Assembly: GCA_002347565.1 (NCBI GenBank)
Contig: DDXR01000075.1
Coordinates: forward strand, 13,932 to 77,931
DNA from: a bacterium UBP2_UBA2255
GTDB taxonomy: Bacteria > Edwardsbacteria > AC1 > EtOH8
Reading direction: 5' to 3'
Length of the DNA stretch: 64,000 nucleotides
The first letter of the stretch is position 1; every line of letters starts with the position of its first letter. Under the pieces are notes generated by a model. It made no database searches. It was not told the origin of the DNA and saw only the letters and a program-made list of their open reading frames with translations. Position numbers and translations under genes: made by a program. Positions 18,301 to 27,399 of this stretch are shown piece after piece.

Positions 18301-18331
18301 GACGCCTTCGCGTCTTCGCGCCTTAGTGTTT
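18301..18331. repeat. Family R2-related degenerate copy
   Basis: GACGCCTTCGCGTCTTCGCGCCTTAGTGTTTG is built from the same CGTCTTCG / CTTnGTGT words. Confidence 0.4.
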
Positions 18332-18333
18332 GG

Positions 18334-18594
18334 TTATAATTTCCCCAGGATGGTCAGCACGCCCATCACGATGAACAGCCCGCCGGCGACGTAGTGCAGC
18401 ACGTGCACCGGGACGACCTTGGTGATCAGCTCGCCGCCCACCGCGCCGATCAGCGTGACGCAGACCAGGGCCAGGCTGCCGCCCAGGAACACCGAGACCC
18501 AGGCCCTGGACTGGGCGGACATGGTGATCACGGCCAGCTGGGTCTTGTCTCCCAGCTCTGCCAGCAGCAGCGTGACGAATGCGGCCGAAAACAT
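18334..18594 (-). CDS. UPF0016 (GDT1/TMEM165/MneA) family cation transporter, single-domain half-size form
   Basis: 87 aa from ATG 18594. Signature ELGDKTQ in the first helix. Three hydrophobic helices. Confidence 0.8.
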   Translation of the reverse strand: MFSAAFVTLLLAELGDKTQLAVITMSAQSRAWVSVFLGGSLALVCVTLIGAVGGELITKVVPVHVLHYVAGGLFIVMGVLTILGKL

Positions 18595-18699
18595 CTTCCA
18601 GTTCACTGATGCTCCCCTCGGTTGAAAGCGAATAGCCCCTCTCACGGTTCGAAGGGCTATTCTGCGGGCGTCTTGGGCGCCGCCGATGCGGCATCGCGG

Positions 18700-19791
18700 C
18701 TATTTGGAGTTGGCGGCTTCGAACTTCCTGATGAAGGCCACCAGCTTCTCCACGCCCGCCACCGGCATGGCGTTATAGATGCTGGCCCGCATCCCGCCGG
18801 TCTTGCGGTGGCCGGACAGCGTCACCAGGCCCTCCTTGGCGGCCTCGGCCAGGAACTTCTTGTCCAGCTCCTCCGATTCGGTGCGAAAGGGAACGTTCAT
18901 GATGGAGCGGTCCTCTTTCTTCGGCACGTGGCACTGGAACATCTTGGAGGCGTCCAGCGTGTCGTACAGCAGGGCCGCCTTCTGCTCGTTGATCTTGTGG
19001 ATGGCCGGGACGCCGCCCATGCCCAGCACGTGCTCGCACACCAGCTTGACCATGTAAACCGCATAGCACGGCGGCGTGTTGAACATCGAGCCGTTATCAG
19101 CGTGGGTCTTGTACTTCAGCATCGTCGGTGTTTCGGGACGGCAGCGTTCGACCATGTCGTCGCGGATGACCACCACGGTGACGCCGGCCGGCCCCATGTT
19201 CTTCTGGGCGCCGGCGTAGATCAGCGCGAACTTGGTGACGTCGACCGGCTTGGACAGGATGTCCGACGACATGTCGCACACCAGCGGCACACCCTGGGTG
19301 TCGGGCATGCTCTTCCACGAGGTGCCGAAGATGGTGTTGTTGCTGGTGATGTGGACGTAGTCGGCGTCCGGCCGGAACTCGGCGGGCTTGATCTCGGGCA
19401 GGTAGCTGAAGACCTTGTCCTCGGAGCTGGCCACCACCTTGACGTCCCCGTAGCGCTTGGCCTCGGCGACGGCCTTGGTCGACCACTCGCCGGTGTTGAG
19501 GTAGTCGGCCTTGTTCGACTTGACCATGAGGTTCAGCGGAACCATCGCGAACTGGGTCGAGGCCCCGCCCTGCAGGAACAGCACCTTGTATTCCGCCGGT
19601 ATCCCCATCAGGTCGCGCAGGGCTTTTTCGGCGCCGTCGATGATGGACTGGTAGACCTTGGAGCGGTGGCTCATCTCCATGACCGACATGCCGGATCCCT
19701 GGTAATCCAGCATCTCATCCGCGGCCTTCTGCAGCACCGCCTCGGGCAGCATGCCCGGTCCGGCCGAAAAATTGTAGACTGTGCGCGCCAT
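18700..19791 (-). CDS. serC: Phosphoserine aminotransferase
   Basis: N-terminus YNFSAGPGMLPEAVLQKA...MEMSHRSK. About 360 aa. SD AAGGAG. Confidence 0.95.
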   Translation of the reverse strand: MARTVYNFSAGPGMLPEAVLQKAADEMLDYQGSGMSVMEMSHRSKVYQSIIDGAEKALRDLMGIPAEYKVLFLQGGASTQFAMVPLNLMVKSNKADYLNTGEWSTKAVAEAKRYGDVKVVASSEDKVFSYLPEIKPAEFRPDADYVHITSNNTIFGTSWKSMPDTQGVPLVCDMSSDILSKPVDVTKFALIYAGAQKNMGPAGVTVVVIRDDMVERCRPETPTMLKYKTHADNGSMFNTPPCYAVYMVKLVCEHVLGMGGVPAIHKINEQKAALLYDTLDASKMFQCHVPKKEDRSIMNVPFRTESEELDKKFLAEAAKEGLVTLSGHRKTGGMRASIYNAMPVAGVEKLVAFIRKFEAANSK

Positions 19792-19840
19792 GGGGGCTCC
19801 TTTGTCGTATGATATTCGAAATTGCGGAAGGCCAAGGAAC

Positions 19841-19916
19841 TGGTGGAGCTGAGCGGATTCGAACCGCTGGCCTGTACGATGCGAACGTACCGCTCTACCA
19901 ACTGAGCTACAGCCCC
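19841..19916 (-). tRNA. tRNA-Ala (anticodon CGC), CCA encoded
   Basis: Hand-folded cloverleaf: GGGGCTG/TA/GCTC-AGTTGGTA-GAGC/G/GTACG-TTCGCAT-CGTAC/AGGCC/AGCGG-TTCGAAT-CCGCT/CAGCTCC/ACCA. Carries the G3:U70 Ala identity pair. Confidence 0.95.
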
Positions 19917-19948
19917 ACGTTCTCCGGAGAAGGATGGAACCGGGCCCG

Positions 19949-20623
19949 TCACTCTCCGCCCGGACCGATGCCCGATTCCTCGGCCGACACCGCGGCCAGC
20001 CTGGTGGACGGATACTGCCCGGCGATCCTACGGTAGGCCACGGCGGCCTCGTCGATCTTGTTCTCGGCCACCAACGACCGGGCCTGTTCCAGCAGCCGCG
20101 CCGCGGCGATCTCGGCCGTGTCCGTGGTCAGCTCGCCGGCAGCGATCCAACCCGATCTTCCATGGGGGAACAAGCATTCGGCGAAGCCGTCCTTCTGCTT
20201 GGTGATCCACAGGATGATCCCCTGCCGGGTCATGATCGTGTCGTTGGCCAGCCGCGGGCTGCTGGGGTCGGGACGCCGGTAGACCAGCAGCTCCGGGATC
20301 AGCATCACCACGATCCTGACGTCGGCCGGGGCCAGGTACTTTGACTGGATCCAGCCGTCCATGTCGTCGGACAGCCTGATTTTGGTCCACAGCGAGTCCC
20401 GCTGCAGCACCGCGACCCTTTCCCCGCGGTTGACCATGGTCAGGTGGTTGGCGGGATTTTTGGTGTCGACCGGTTCGCGGCGGACGACGATGCGGTTGTA
20501 TTTCACCAGTGCCGCGGCTGTATCCGGGCCGGTGGCGTCGCGGGATGCCGGCGCCGGACCGCCCTGCCGGGAGCAACCGGCCGCCAGCGCCAGGAGGGCA
20601 ATCGCGATTTGCAGCCGTTTCAT
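19949..20623 (-). CDS. Lipoprotein with SH3b-like domains and C-terminal TPR-like tail
   Basis: MKRLQIAIALLALAAGCS lipobox. SH3b-like segments (WTKIRLSDDMDGWIQSKYL; GRSGWIAAGEL). Confidence 0.55.
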   Translation of the reverse strand: MKRLQIAIALLALAAGCSRQGGPAPASRDATGPDTAAALVKYNRIVVRREPVDTKNPANHLTMVNRGERVAVLQRDSLWTKIRLSDDMDGWIQSKYLAPADVRIVVMLIPELLVYRRPDPSSPRLANDTIMTRQGIILWITKQKDGFAECLFPHGRSGWIAAGELTTDTAEIAAARLLEQARSLVAENKIDEAAVAYRRIAGQYPSTRLAAVSAEESGIGPGGE

Positions 20624-20709
20624 GCCGCGCTTCTCTTGTCGGGATTCCATCATCAGTTATTGTATCAAAAAAATGGACCGGATTCAACGTCTTTTTCGGC
20701 CCCCGCCGC

Positions 20710-21327
20710 TCAGCCGAGGTGCATGCTCCTGAAGATCGACTGCAGGGAATCGGCGTCCGGCAGCAGCAGGAAATACCCCAGCAGCTTGAGGCCCTGGTCG
20801 ATGAAGGTGAATTCGTTCTTGATCGAGACCACGATCTCCCCGCCCGGGGCCGTGCGGGCGCCGACTTGCCGCAGCACGGCCTCCGCCGTGTCGTACAGCA
20901 ACTCCGGGGTCGACGGCACGACCATCATTCCCAGCAGGTCCGCCAAGGCGTTCATGTAGGCGCAGGTCAGGATGTTCGATGTCTCGTTCAGCGCCGAGCG
21001 CTCGATGTCGCTCAGCCCGGACACCGAGCCGGTCGGGCGGCGCAGCAGCGATTCGCAGAACCGGAAAGCCTCGCCTTCGGCGAACAGCAGCAGGGTCCGT
21101 CCGTTGATGTCTCCGGTCAGCCCGATCAGCACGCCCACCACCGGCTGGTCGGGCCCGGCGGTTTTTTTGAATATAGTCGCCAGGTCGTCAACGGCGATCA
21201 CCGGCACATTGATCAGCACTTTCTGGCCGGTCATGTCGGACAGAGCGGTGGCGGCGTGGCCGGCCCCGATGTTGGACACCTCCCGGAGGGCGTCGATTTG
21301 GATGGTGTTGAACGATCCGGTTTTCAT
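20710..21327 (-). CDS. cheC: CheC-family CheY-P phosphatase
   Basis: Two E-x2-N active-site motifs (ALREVSNIGAG, SALNETSNIL). About 205 aa from ATG 21327. Confidence 0.75.
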   Translation of the reverse strand: MKTGSFNTIQIDALREVSNIGAGHAATALSDMTGQKVLINVPVIAVDDLATIFKKTAGPDQPVVGVLIGLTGDINGRTLLLFAEGEAFRFCESLLRRPTGSVSGLSDIERSALNETSNILTCAYMNALADLLGMMVVPSTPELLYDTAEAVLRQVGARTAPGGEIVVSIKNEFTFIDQGLKLLGYFLLLPDADSLQSIFRSMHLG

Positions 21328-21406
21328 CAATCCCTGCGTCGTTTCTTTGCGATCGGTGCTAATTGTATACCATCTGAAGGGAAAATGCAACCGGTTTGTC
21401 CGCAGC

Positions 21407-22282
21407 TCACTCGACGTTCTGGACCTGCTCCCGCAGCTTTTCGATCTGGTCCTTGAGCTCGACCACCAGCTGGGAAACGGCCGAGTCGCCTGCCTTGGAA
21501 CCGATGGTGTTGGCTTCGCGGTTCATCTCCTGCAGCAGAAAATCCAGGCGGCGCCCCACCGGCTGCTGCTGCCTGAGATAGGCGGCGAAGGCCGAGCAAT
21601 GGCTCCGCAGCCGTACCAGTTCCTCGGTGATGTCGCTGCGGTCGGCCAGCAGCGCGGCCTCCTGCGCTAACCGGGCAGGATCGAGCCGCAGGCCGCCGGC
21701 AATGTCGGTGATCCGCTGCCGCAGCCGGCGGCGGAGCAGGGCCGGCCGGCGCCGCACCCTGGCTGCGATGCGGCCGATCAGGCTCAGGATCCTCCGGTTG
21801 CGCCCCTCCAGATCGCGCTGCAACGCGGCCCCCTCGCGCCGGCGCATCGCGTCGAGGCCCCTGACCGCTGCGGCCAGACCCCGCGACAATGGCTCCCAGG
21901 CCGCGTCGCCATGGTCGCCATCGTTCGGCGGCGACACCACGTCGGGCAGGGCCAGCAGCGTCCGCAGGCCGGCCCCTCCCTTCAGGCCCAGCTCCCGCTT
22001 GAGCGCCTTGAGCTGCGCTGCGTACTGCCGGATCCGTTCGCGGTCGATGACCGGCGGCGGGGATGGTTCGGGACCGGCCGGGGCGACGACCGCTGACACG
22101 GAGCCCCGCGGGATCAGCTTTTGGAGCGCCTCCCTGACCCTGGCTTCCAGCGGCGCCAGCTCCCGGGGCAGTCTCACGCCGAACTCGGCGTGGCGGTGGT
22201 TGACCGCACGCACTTCGACCGTCAACGTCCTCCCCCGGTGTACGAACGCGGCCCGGCCGTATCCCGTCATGCTCTTGATCAT
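21407..22282 (-). CDS. yicC: YicC-family stress-induced protein/endoribonuclease
   Basis: MIKSMTGYGRA N-terminus. C-terminal EMNREANTIGSKA motif. Confidence 0.85.
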   Translation of the reverse strand: MIKSMTGYGRAAFVHRGRTLTVEVRAVNHRHAEFGVRLPRELAPLEARVREALQKLIPRGSVSAVVAPAGPEPSPPPVIDRERIRQYAAQLKALKRELGLKGGAGLRTLLALPDVVSPPNDGDHGDAAWEPLSRGLAAAVRGLDAMRRREGAALQRDLEGRNRRILSLIGRIAARVRRRPALLRRRLRQRITDIAGGLRLDPARLAQEAALLADRSDITEELVRLRSHCSAFAAYLRQQQPVGRRLDFLLQEMNREANTIGSKAGDSAVSQLVVELKDQIEKLREQVQNVE

Positions 22283-22345
22283 TGTCGCGCCCTCGAGTTG
22301 TCCGTTGACCCTCGGCGATTATACCACACACGGCGGACGGCAGCA

Positions 22346-24001
22346 TCAAAAATCGTTACGCAGCAACAGGTGCACCTTGCCGTCCGCTGGATTATCGCCC
22401 CGGCCCAGCCCGTAGTCCACCTGGATCCTGCCGAGCCGGGTATCGAGCCGCATGCCGGCGCCGTACCCGAGCACGGTCCGGCCCAGTCCCCGGTCCCGGT
22501 CGCGGACGTATCCCCAGTCGACGAATGGATACAGCTGGAATCCTGCGGCGGCGGTCAGGCGGTGCTCGGCGTTGACCCATCCGGCCTGACTGGCCGCGAA
22601 TTGCTGCTCGTAGAAACCGCGGATCGTCGCCGCACCGCCCAGATAATACTGGTCGGAACGGGGCGCCGGCCTTTCGCCGGTCGCCAGCGCCCGCGCATGG
22701 GCCGACAGGGCGGCCGCATGGCCGGCGGCCGGCGACCAGGACCAGTCAGCGTCCAGCTCGACGCGTCCCACGGTCAGCTGCGCCGCCGGCTCGAAGTAAC
22801 GCTTGCGGCCATACCGGGTCTGCAGCCGGTAGCGCAGACCGGACTGGTGCGGCCGATGCCGGCGGTGATCGCCTTCGATCGACCACAGCGTGCTGTAGGT
22901 CTGGCTGCGTCTGACCTCCGCCTGCGATCCGGGGACGACCCGTTCGACAGCGCCGCCGGCGCCCAGCGACAGCCGGTCGTTGACCGGCACGGTCGCCAGG
23001 ATGCTGCCACCGGTCCGTGTGTATTGGGAATCCTGGATGGCGTGATCGACCGCCAGCGTCACGCCGACCGGCGAGTTGTACAGCCATGGATCGGCATACG
23101 AGGCGCTCAGCCCCGTCGCGGACTGCCGCAGCCGCTCCCAGTGGAAAAACAGACGGCGGCCGGTGCCCGATATGTTCCTCAGCTCCAGATCGACCGAGCC
23201 GGCCAGCCAGCCGTCACGACCTGCGCCCTGGTTGTAGCCCGCGGCGCCAGCCAGGGTGTTGTAGCGCGGCTCCTTGACGGTGAACACCGCAACGACCCTG
23301 CCCGGATCCTCACCGCCGGCCAGTTCTGCGAGCGCTGCCGACGTGAACAGGCCGGATCCCACGAGCCGTGACACAGCGCGCTCTATCCGGACAGCGCTGA
23401 ACCGTTCCCCCGGCTTCAGTCCGGCCAGGCGGTCTGCGGTCGCCGCCGTGGTCAGCCCGTTGCCGATGAAGGACACGGCCGCGATCGACAACAGCGGGCC
23501 CTCGGTGACATCGTACCCATAATCGACCGTGTCGGTCCGCAGCGACAGCCCGGACAAGCGCACCGCAGCGCGGGGGAACCCGGCGTCGGCATAGGCGCGG
23601 CTGATTCTGGCCATGTCCCGTGCCAGCAGCCGCTGGTCAAAAAACGATCCGGGCCGGAGCGACAGCGCTTCCCCGAGGAACCGGCCGGAGATGAACGAAT
23701 TGCCCGTGAAACTCGGGTTGCCGGCCAGGTACCGGACGCCCTCGGACACGCAGATGCTGAGGTGTGTGCTGTCCTCAGACCACCGGACGCGTACATCGGC
23801 ATCGAGGAACCCCGCCGAGCGATAGCCGTCAACGAGGCGGCGCAGGCCTTGGGACAGATGCCCGGATCCAGCCGGCCCCACCGTGCCGGAGACCTCCTGC
23901 CGGGAGAAGAACCGGTTGCCGTGGACCGACACCTTCGTCGGCTGGCCGGTCGCGGTTGCGCCCCAGAGCGATAGCATCATCAGGAAGCACAGGCGGCGCA
24001 T
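22346..24001 (-). CDS. Omp85-family outer-membrane protein (BamA/TamA-like, about three POTRA repeats plus barrel)
   Basis: Signal peptide and POTRA-like repeats. Barrel has an LGGAATIRGF motif and ends ...LLLRNDF. Its ATG shares one base with the upstream TGA (TGATG at 23999-24003). Confidence 0.75.
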   Translation of the reverse strand: MRRLCFLMMLSLWGATATGQPTKVSVHGNRFFSRQEVSGTVGPAGSGHLSQGLRRLVDGYRSAGFLDADVRVRWSEDSTHLSICVSEGVRYLAGNPSFTGNSFISGRFLGEALSLRPGSFFDQRLLARDMARISRAYADAGFPRAAVRLSGLSLRTDTVDYGYDVTEGPLLSIAAVSFIGNGLTTAATADRLAGLKPGERFSAVRIERAVSRLVGSGLFTSAALAELAGGEDPGRVVAVFTVKEPRYNTLAGAAGYNQGAGRDGWLAGSVDLELRNISGTGRRLFFHWERLRQSATGLSASYADPWLYNSPVGVTLAVDHAIQDSQYTRTGGSILATVPVNDRLSLGAGGAVERVVPGSQAEVRRSQTYSTLWSIEGDHRRHRPHQSGLRYRLQTRYGRKRYFEPAAQLTVGRVELDADWSWSPAAGHAAALSAHARALATGERPAPRSDQYYLGGAATIRGFYEQQFAASQAGWVNAEHRLTAAAGFQLYPFVDWGYVRDRDRGLGRTVLGYGAGMRLDTRLGRIQVDYGLGRGDNPADGKVHLLLRNDF

Positions 24002-27000
24002 CAGAAGTACGCCCTCAAGTCGAGCCTGGCATTGTGTTCCGGCCGCAGGTCCGGCCGCTTGCGTCCGTCATAGCCGGCTGACGACGTCAGGTTGGCATTC
24101 ACGCGGTAGTCGTACTGCAGCGACCATGTTTTGGTCAGCCCCGGCGGCCGGGTGAACGCGAACTCGACCGGTATCTCGCCGGGGGGGCGGTCGGGCGCCC
24201 AGTGGATCAGACCGAACTCAGTCCTGACGCTGCCGGCCGGGCCCAGTTGCAGCGTCAGGTAGGGCGCGGCTGACGCCTTTCCGTACCTGACGACAATCGG
24301 CGGAGGCATTCCCGGCCCATGCTCCAGCCGCTCTCTGGCATAACCGGCCCTCAATGCCAGCTCCAGGTCCCGTACCGGATGCCATCCGCCGTCGCCGCCG
24401 ATGGTGACGGCCGTCTCACCTGACTCCATGCCGGTCCCGACCGCGGAAGTTCCGGTCGCGGCGTATTCTGCGGACAGCGTCAGGCGTCCGGACGCCGCCA
24501 ACGGCAGAAACACCTCGCCCCGCCGTTCCACGAGTTGCGTTTCCGTGCGGCGGGTCACGAACCGGCTGTCCGCCTCCCGGCGCCAGCGCAACCTGGTCCG
24601 GACATTCCAGCCCGAAACCGACGAATGGGAGGCCTCGCCCGACAGGTCGAGATGCGACCGCAAGTTCGTCGGGCGCCACAAGCGGCCGCGTTGGAACAGC
24701 ACCGTGCTGGCAGCCATCGCCTCGGGAGAGCTGATCGACGCAGCGGACAACAGGTCGAGGCGGCTTCCCTTCCACCATCCGCGCGACCGCACGGGCGTCA
24801 GGCTGAGATAGGCCTTGGCCGCGTTCTCGGTGGCCAGCACGGCGGCGCCCTGGTCGGTGACGGTCCGCCGGTAGTTGCCGGCCGTGTCCGGGTAGAACCG
24901 TCCGCTCCCGGGATCATAGCTGTGGTCGCCGGTGCGGTCCGGGACCCGCAGGTACAGCTCCTGCTTGAGCGCGGCCGCGGTGCTGCCGAGGGTATAGTCG
25001 AGCGACAGCCGGAGCTGCCCGTCCGGCCGCGCATGGTCGGCATGCAGGGCCGCCAGGTGCGAATTGAGGCCCTGTCCGGCCGCACCGGGACGCAGCCGCA
25101 CCTGGCGGTAGGTGTGGTCGGCCGTGATGTTGAAACGGTCCGCACGGTGCCACCCCGCCCGGCTGGTCACCGTCGTGGCGAATGACTGTCCCGACCATGC
25201 CGTCGCCGCCGAATCGCGCCGGCGGTCATCGCGGCGCTTGACGCTCTGTTCCAGGGCGAGGCCGCCGCCGTTGCGGGCCCATCCCAGCGATGCCTCCCAA
25301 AACCTGGCACCCTCGGACCATGCCGTATCGCGCTGCAACAGGTCGATGCTGGACACGAGGCCGGCATCGATACCCCATGGCCCGCGCCTCCAAGCCGACT
25401 GCGCCTGGTGCCGGTCGCGGCGGCCGGTCTGGTCGGGACGGTTGGGCCAGGCACCGCCAACGCGGTGCTGCAAATATCGGTATTCCAGCCGCGGCCATTT
25501 CGCCAGCCCGATCGATGAGGCGGCCTGGTACTTCCGGTTCCACAACCCGCCAGGCATGGCCAAGCGCCCCCAGCCGCCTCCCACCGTGGCGCACTGCAGC
25601 AGCGTGTAAGCCGCGCCCCACTCCATCTCCTGGCGGGGGCCGGCCGGCTCCACCGGCGCCATCCCGCCCCAGTTCGCCAGCCCCCATTCGGCCTCGAATC
25701 CCGGCCGGCGCTCGACGCTGCCGTTGCGATAGCCGGCGCCGACCGATGTCCAGTCCGATCGCAGCTCGAACCCGCCCCATGGCAGGCTGTCGCGCTTCCA
25801 CCTCAGCGACGCCGTACCGGCGCGGCCCTGGTTATCATCGTCACCGATCGCCGACAGCGTGTTGCGGTCGAACGACGCCGTGCTTCCCTCGAAATGCGCC
25901 GCGCCGCCGTCCCAGGCGAACTCGGTTCGCAGGCCCGCCGTCCGCTCCGTTTGCGGCCCGGACAGCCGTCTCCTGGCAGCATAGTCCCCCGCCCTGGCGC
26001 CGACATAACGGAATCCTCCCAGCGAGCTGTCGTACACATAATCGCCGCCGCCGGAGCCGACCGCCGTGAAGGTCACCGAGTAATCCCCGGCGCCCGAGGG
26101 ATCGTAGACGTAGAACGAGTCGGCCCTCGCATACCACCCGGTGCCGGGCTCGACCGGCGTGCCGCCATCGACCCACATTGCGGCGGTATCGTTGCCGGCC
26201 CGTGCCAGGGCGGCCCGCTGGCTGTCGGTCAGCGCGTCGCCGGCCGGCCGGTCGGCATCATCGGCCTCCTCGAGATAGGCCGCGTGCACCGCGGCCCAGT
26301 CCGTCGGCCGCAGCGACCCGGCGATGAACGTGAGGCTGCGGCGGTATGAGAGCGCCGAGTACTGGAACTGGGCGACGATCCGGGAATCGCCGGTGATCGG
26401 CCGCCGCGGCGTGAAGGTCAGCTCCGCCCGGTCATGGTCGATGACGTAATCGGCGGCCGCGCCAGGCACCAGCAGCTCGCCGTCGAGCCAGACCTTCTGG
26501 CTGTTGGGGAGGAGCCGCGCCTCCCCGGCGCCGTCACCGGGCGACAGCCGGTACGGCCCCTGCGTGCCCTCCTGACCGGCGAAGCGGATGGTCGCACCCT
26601 TCCCCTTGGCGGCCGAGTAGGCGGCGCTCGCTGTCGCGCTGCCGTACCATCCGTCGGCGTGCACGCCCTCGAGCTGGCGGTCAAATTGCAGCAGCGACAG
26701 AGCGCGGTGCGTCAGTTCGAGATCGCCGACGGCGGCCCTCCAATGCTCGGCCCGCGCCTGGATGAACATCTGCTCCAGCTGGCTGACCTCCCCCGTAGTT
26801 CCCGCGGCGGTCAACGGCAGATTCCGGTCCGACACCTGGGCGCTGATCTCCAGTCCGGGTGACAACCGTCCGTTGGCGCTGACGTTCAGCGATTGCTCCA
26901 GTGCGAGATCGCGGTTCGAGCCCGTGGCGATGCTGAACGTCTTGCTGCCCCCGAACCGGACCGCCGTCGGGGCCTCCGGATCTGCTGCCGGTCCGCCAAG

Positions 27001-27399
27001 CGCGGCATCCGGGGCGGCCGGCTGCCGCGAGTCAGGGGGCAACAGCGCGGCCGCTGGGAGCTGCGGGACGTGGACCAGCGACTCGGGCAGGGAAACTGAC
27101 AGCGCCCGGAACCAGATGACGGCGGTATCGGCCGGTGCGAGCGGCAGCGCGAAGAACAGCCTTCCCAACCGGTAATCGATGGCGTAATCCCGGTCTCGCA
27201 CCAGTGTGCACCCGTTCAGCGACAGCGAGTCCGATCCCCGGAACAGGTTGCGGCGCCCGATATCAAAGGCCCGCTGTCCGTCGCCGGCGGCGATGGCAGC
27301 GCTGTCTCGGCCGTCCGACTGCGGCGGCGGGGCCGGCGGATCGCCATCGACCGCCAGCGTCGCGGCGGCCAGCAGCGACACCCAAACCGCTAGCGGCAC
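24001..27399 (-). CDS. Large (1132 aa) secreted protein, predicted outer-membrane beta-barrel; possible half-size SprA-like protein
   Basis: Signal-like N-terminus. Gly/aromatic-rich strand-like composition. C-terminal ...RLDLRAYF. Two DY-x-ID(Y/H) segments (DRDYAIDYRLGRLFF, AADYVIDHDRAELTF) recall the SprA N-terminal repeat. Confidence 0.5.
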   Translation of the reverse strand: MPLAVWVSLLAAATLAVDGDPPAPPPQSDGRDSAAIAAGDGQRAFDIGRRNLFRGSDSLSLNGCTLVRDRDYAIDYRLGRLFFALPLAPADTAVIWFRALSVSLPESLVHVPQLPAAALLPPDSRQPAAPDAALGGPAADPEAPTAVRFGGSKTFSIATGSNRDLALEQSLNVSANGRLSPGLEISAQVSDRNLPLTAAGTTGEVSQLEQMFIQARAEHWRAAVGDLELTHRALSLLQFDRQLEGVHADGWYGSATASAAYSAAKGKGATIRFAGQEGTQGPYRLSPGDGAGEARLLPNSQKVWLDGELLVPGAAADYVIDHDRAELTFTPRRPITGDSRIVAQFQYSALSYRRSLTFIAGSLRPTDWAAVHAAYLEEADDADRPAGDALTDSQRAALARAGNDTAAMWVDGGTPVEPGTGWYARADSFYVYDPSGAGDYSVTFTAVGSGGGDYVYDSSLGGFRYVGARAGDYAARRRLSGPQTERTAGLRTEFAWDGGAAHFEGSTASFDRNTLSAIGDDDNQGRAGTASLRWKRDSLPWGGFELRSDWTSVGAGYRNGSVERRPGFEAEWGLANWGGMAPVEPAGPRQEMEWGAAYTLLQCATVGGGWGRLAMPGGLWNRKYQAASSIGLAKWPRLEYRYLQHRVGGAWPNRPDQTGRRDRHQAQSAWRRGPWGIDAGLVSSIDLLQRDTAWSEGARFWEASLGWARNGGGLALEQSVKRRDDRRRDSAATAWSGQSFATTVTSRAGWHRADRFNITADHTYRQVRLRPGAAGQGLNSHLAALHADHARPDGQLRLSLDYTLGSTAAALKQELYLRVPDRTGDHSYDPGSGRFYPDTAGNYRRTVTDQGAAVLATENAAKAYLSLTPVRSRGWWKGSRLDLLSAASISSPEAMAASTVLFQRGRLWRPTNLRSHLDLSGEASHSSVSGWNVRTRLRWRREADSRFVTRRTETQLVERRGEVFLPLAASGRLTLSAEYAATGTSAVGTGMESGETAVTIGGDGGWHPVRDLELALRAGYARERLEHGPGMPPPIVVRYGKASAAPYLTLQLGPAGSVRTEFGLIHWAPDRPPGEIPVEFAFTRPPGLTKTWSLQYDYRVNANLTSSAGYDGRKRPDLRPEHNARLDLRAYF

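Noticed and set aside
18595-18699. Possible yybP-ykoY (Mn2+) riboswitch upstream of the UPF0016 transporter gene, prompted by GAGGGGAGCA near the start.
   Set aside because: The spacer is only about 105 nt. The GGGGAG lies about 15 nt before the ATG, where it reads as a Shine-Dalgarno site. The rest forms a simple serC-terminator-like hairpin (GAATAGCCC...GGGCTATTC). I could not trace the four-way-junction consensus.
24001-27399. TamB-like or LptD-like identity for the 1132-aa protein next to the Omp85.
   Set aside because: TamB is an inner-membrane-anchored periplasm-spanning protein without an aromatic barrel terminus, and LptD operon partners (surA/pdxA) are absent. Sequence features fit a large barrel better, so the SprA-like hypothesis is kept as a finding instead.
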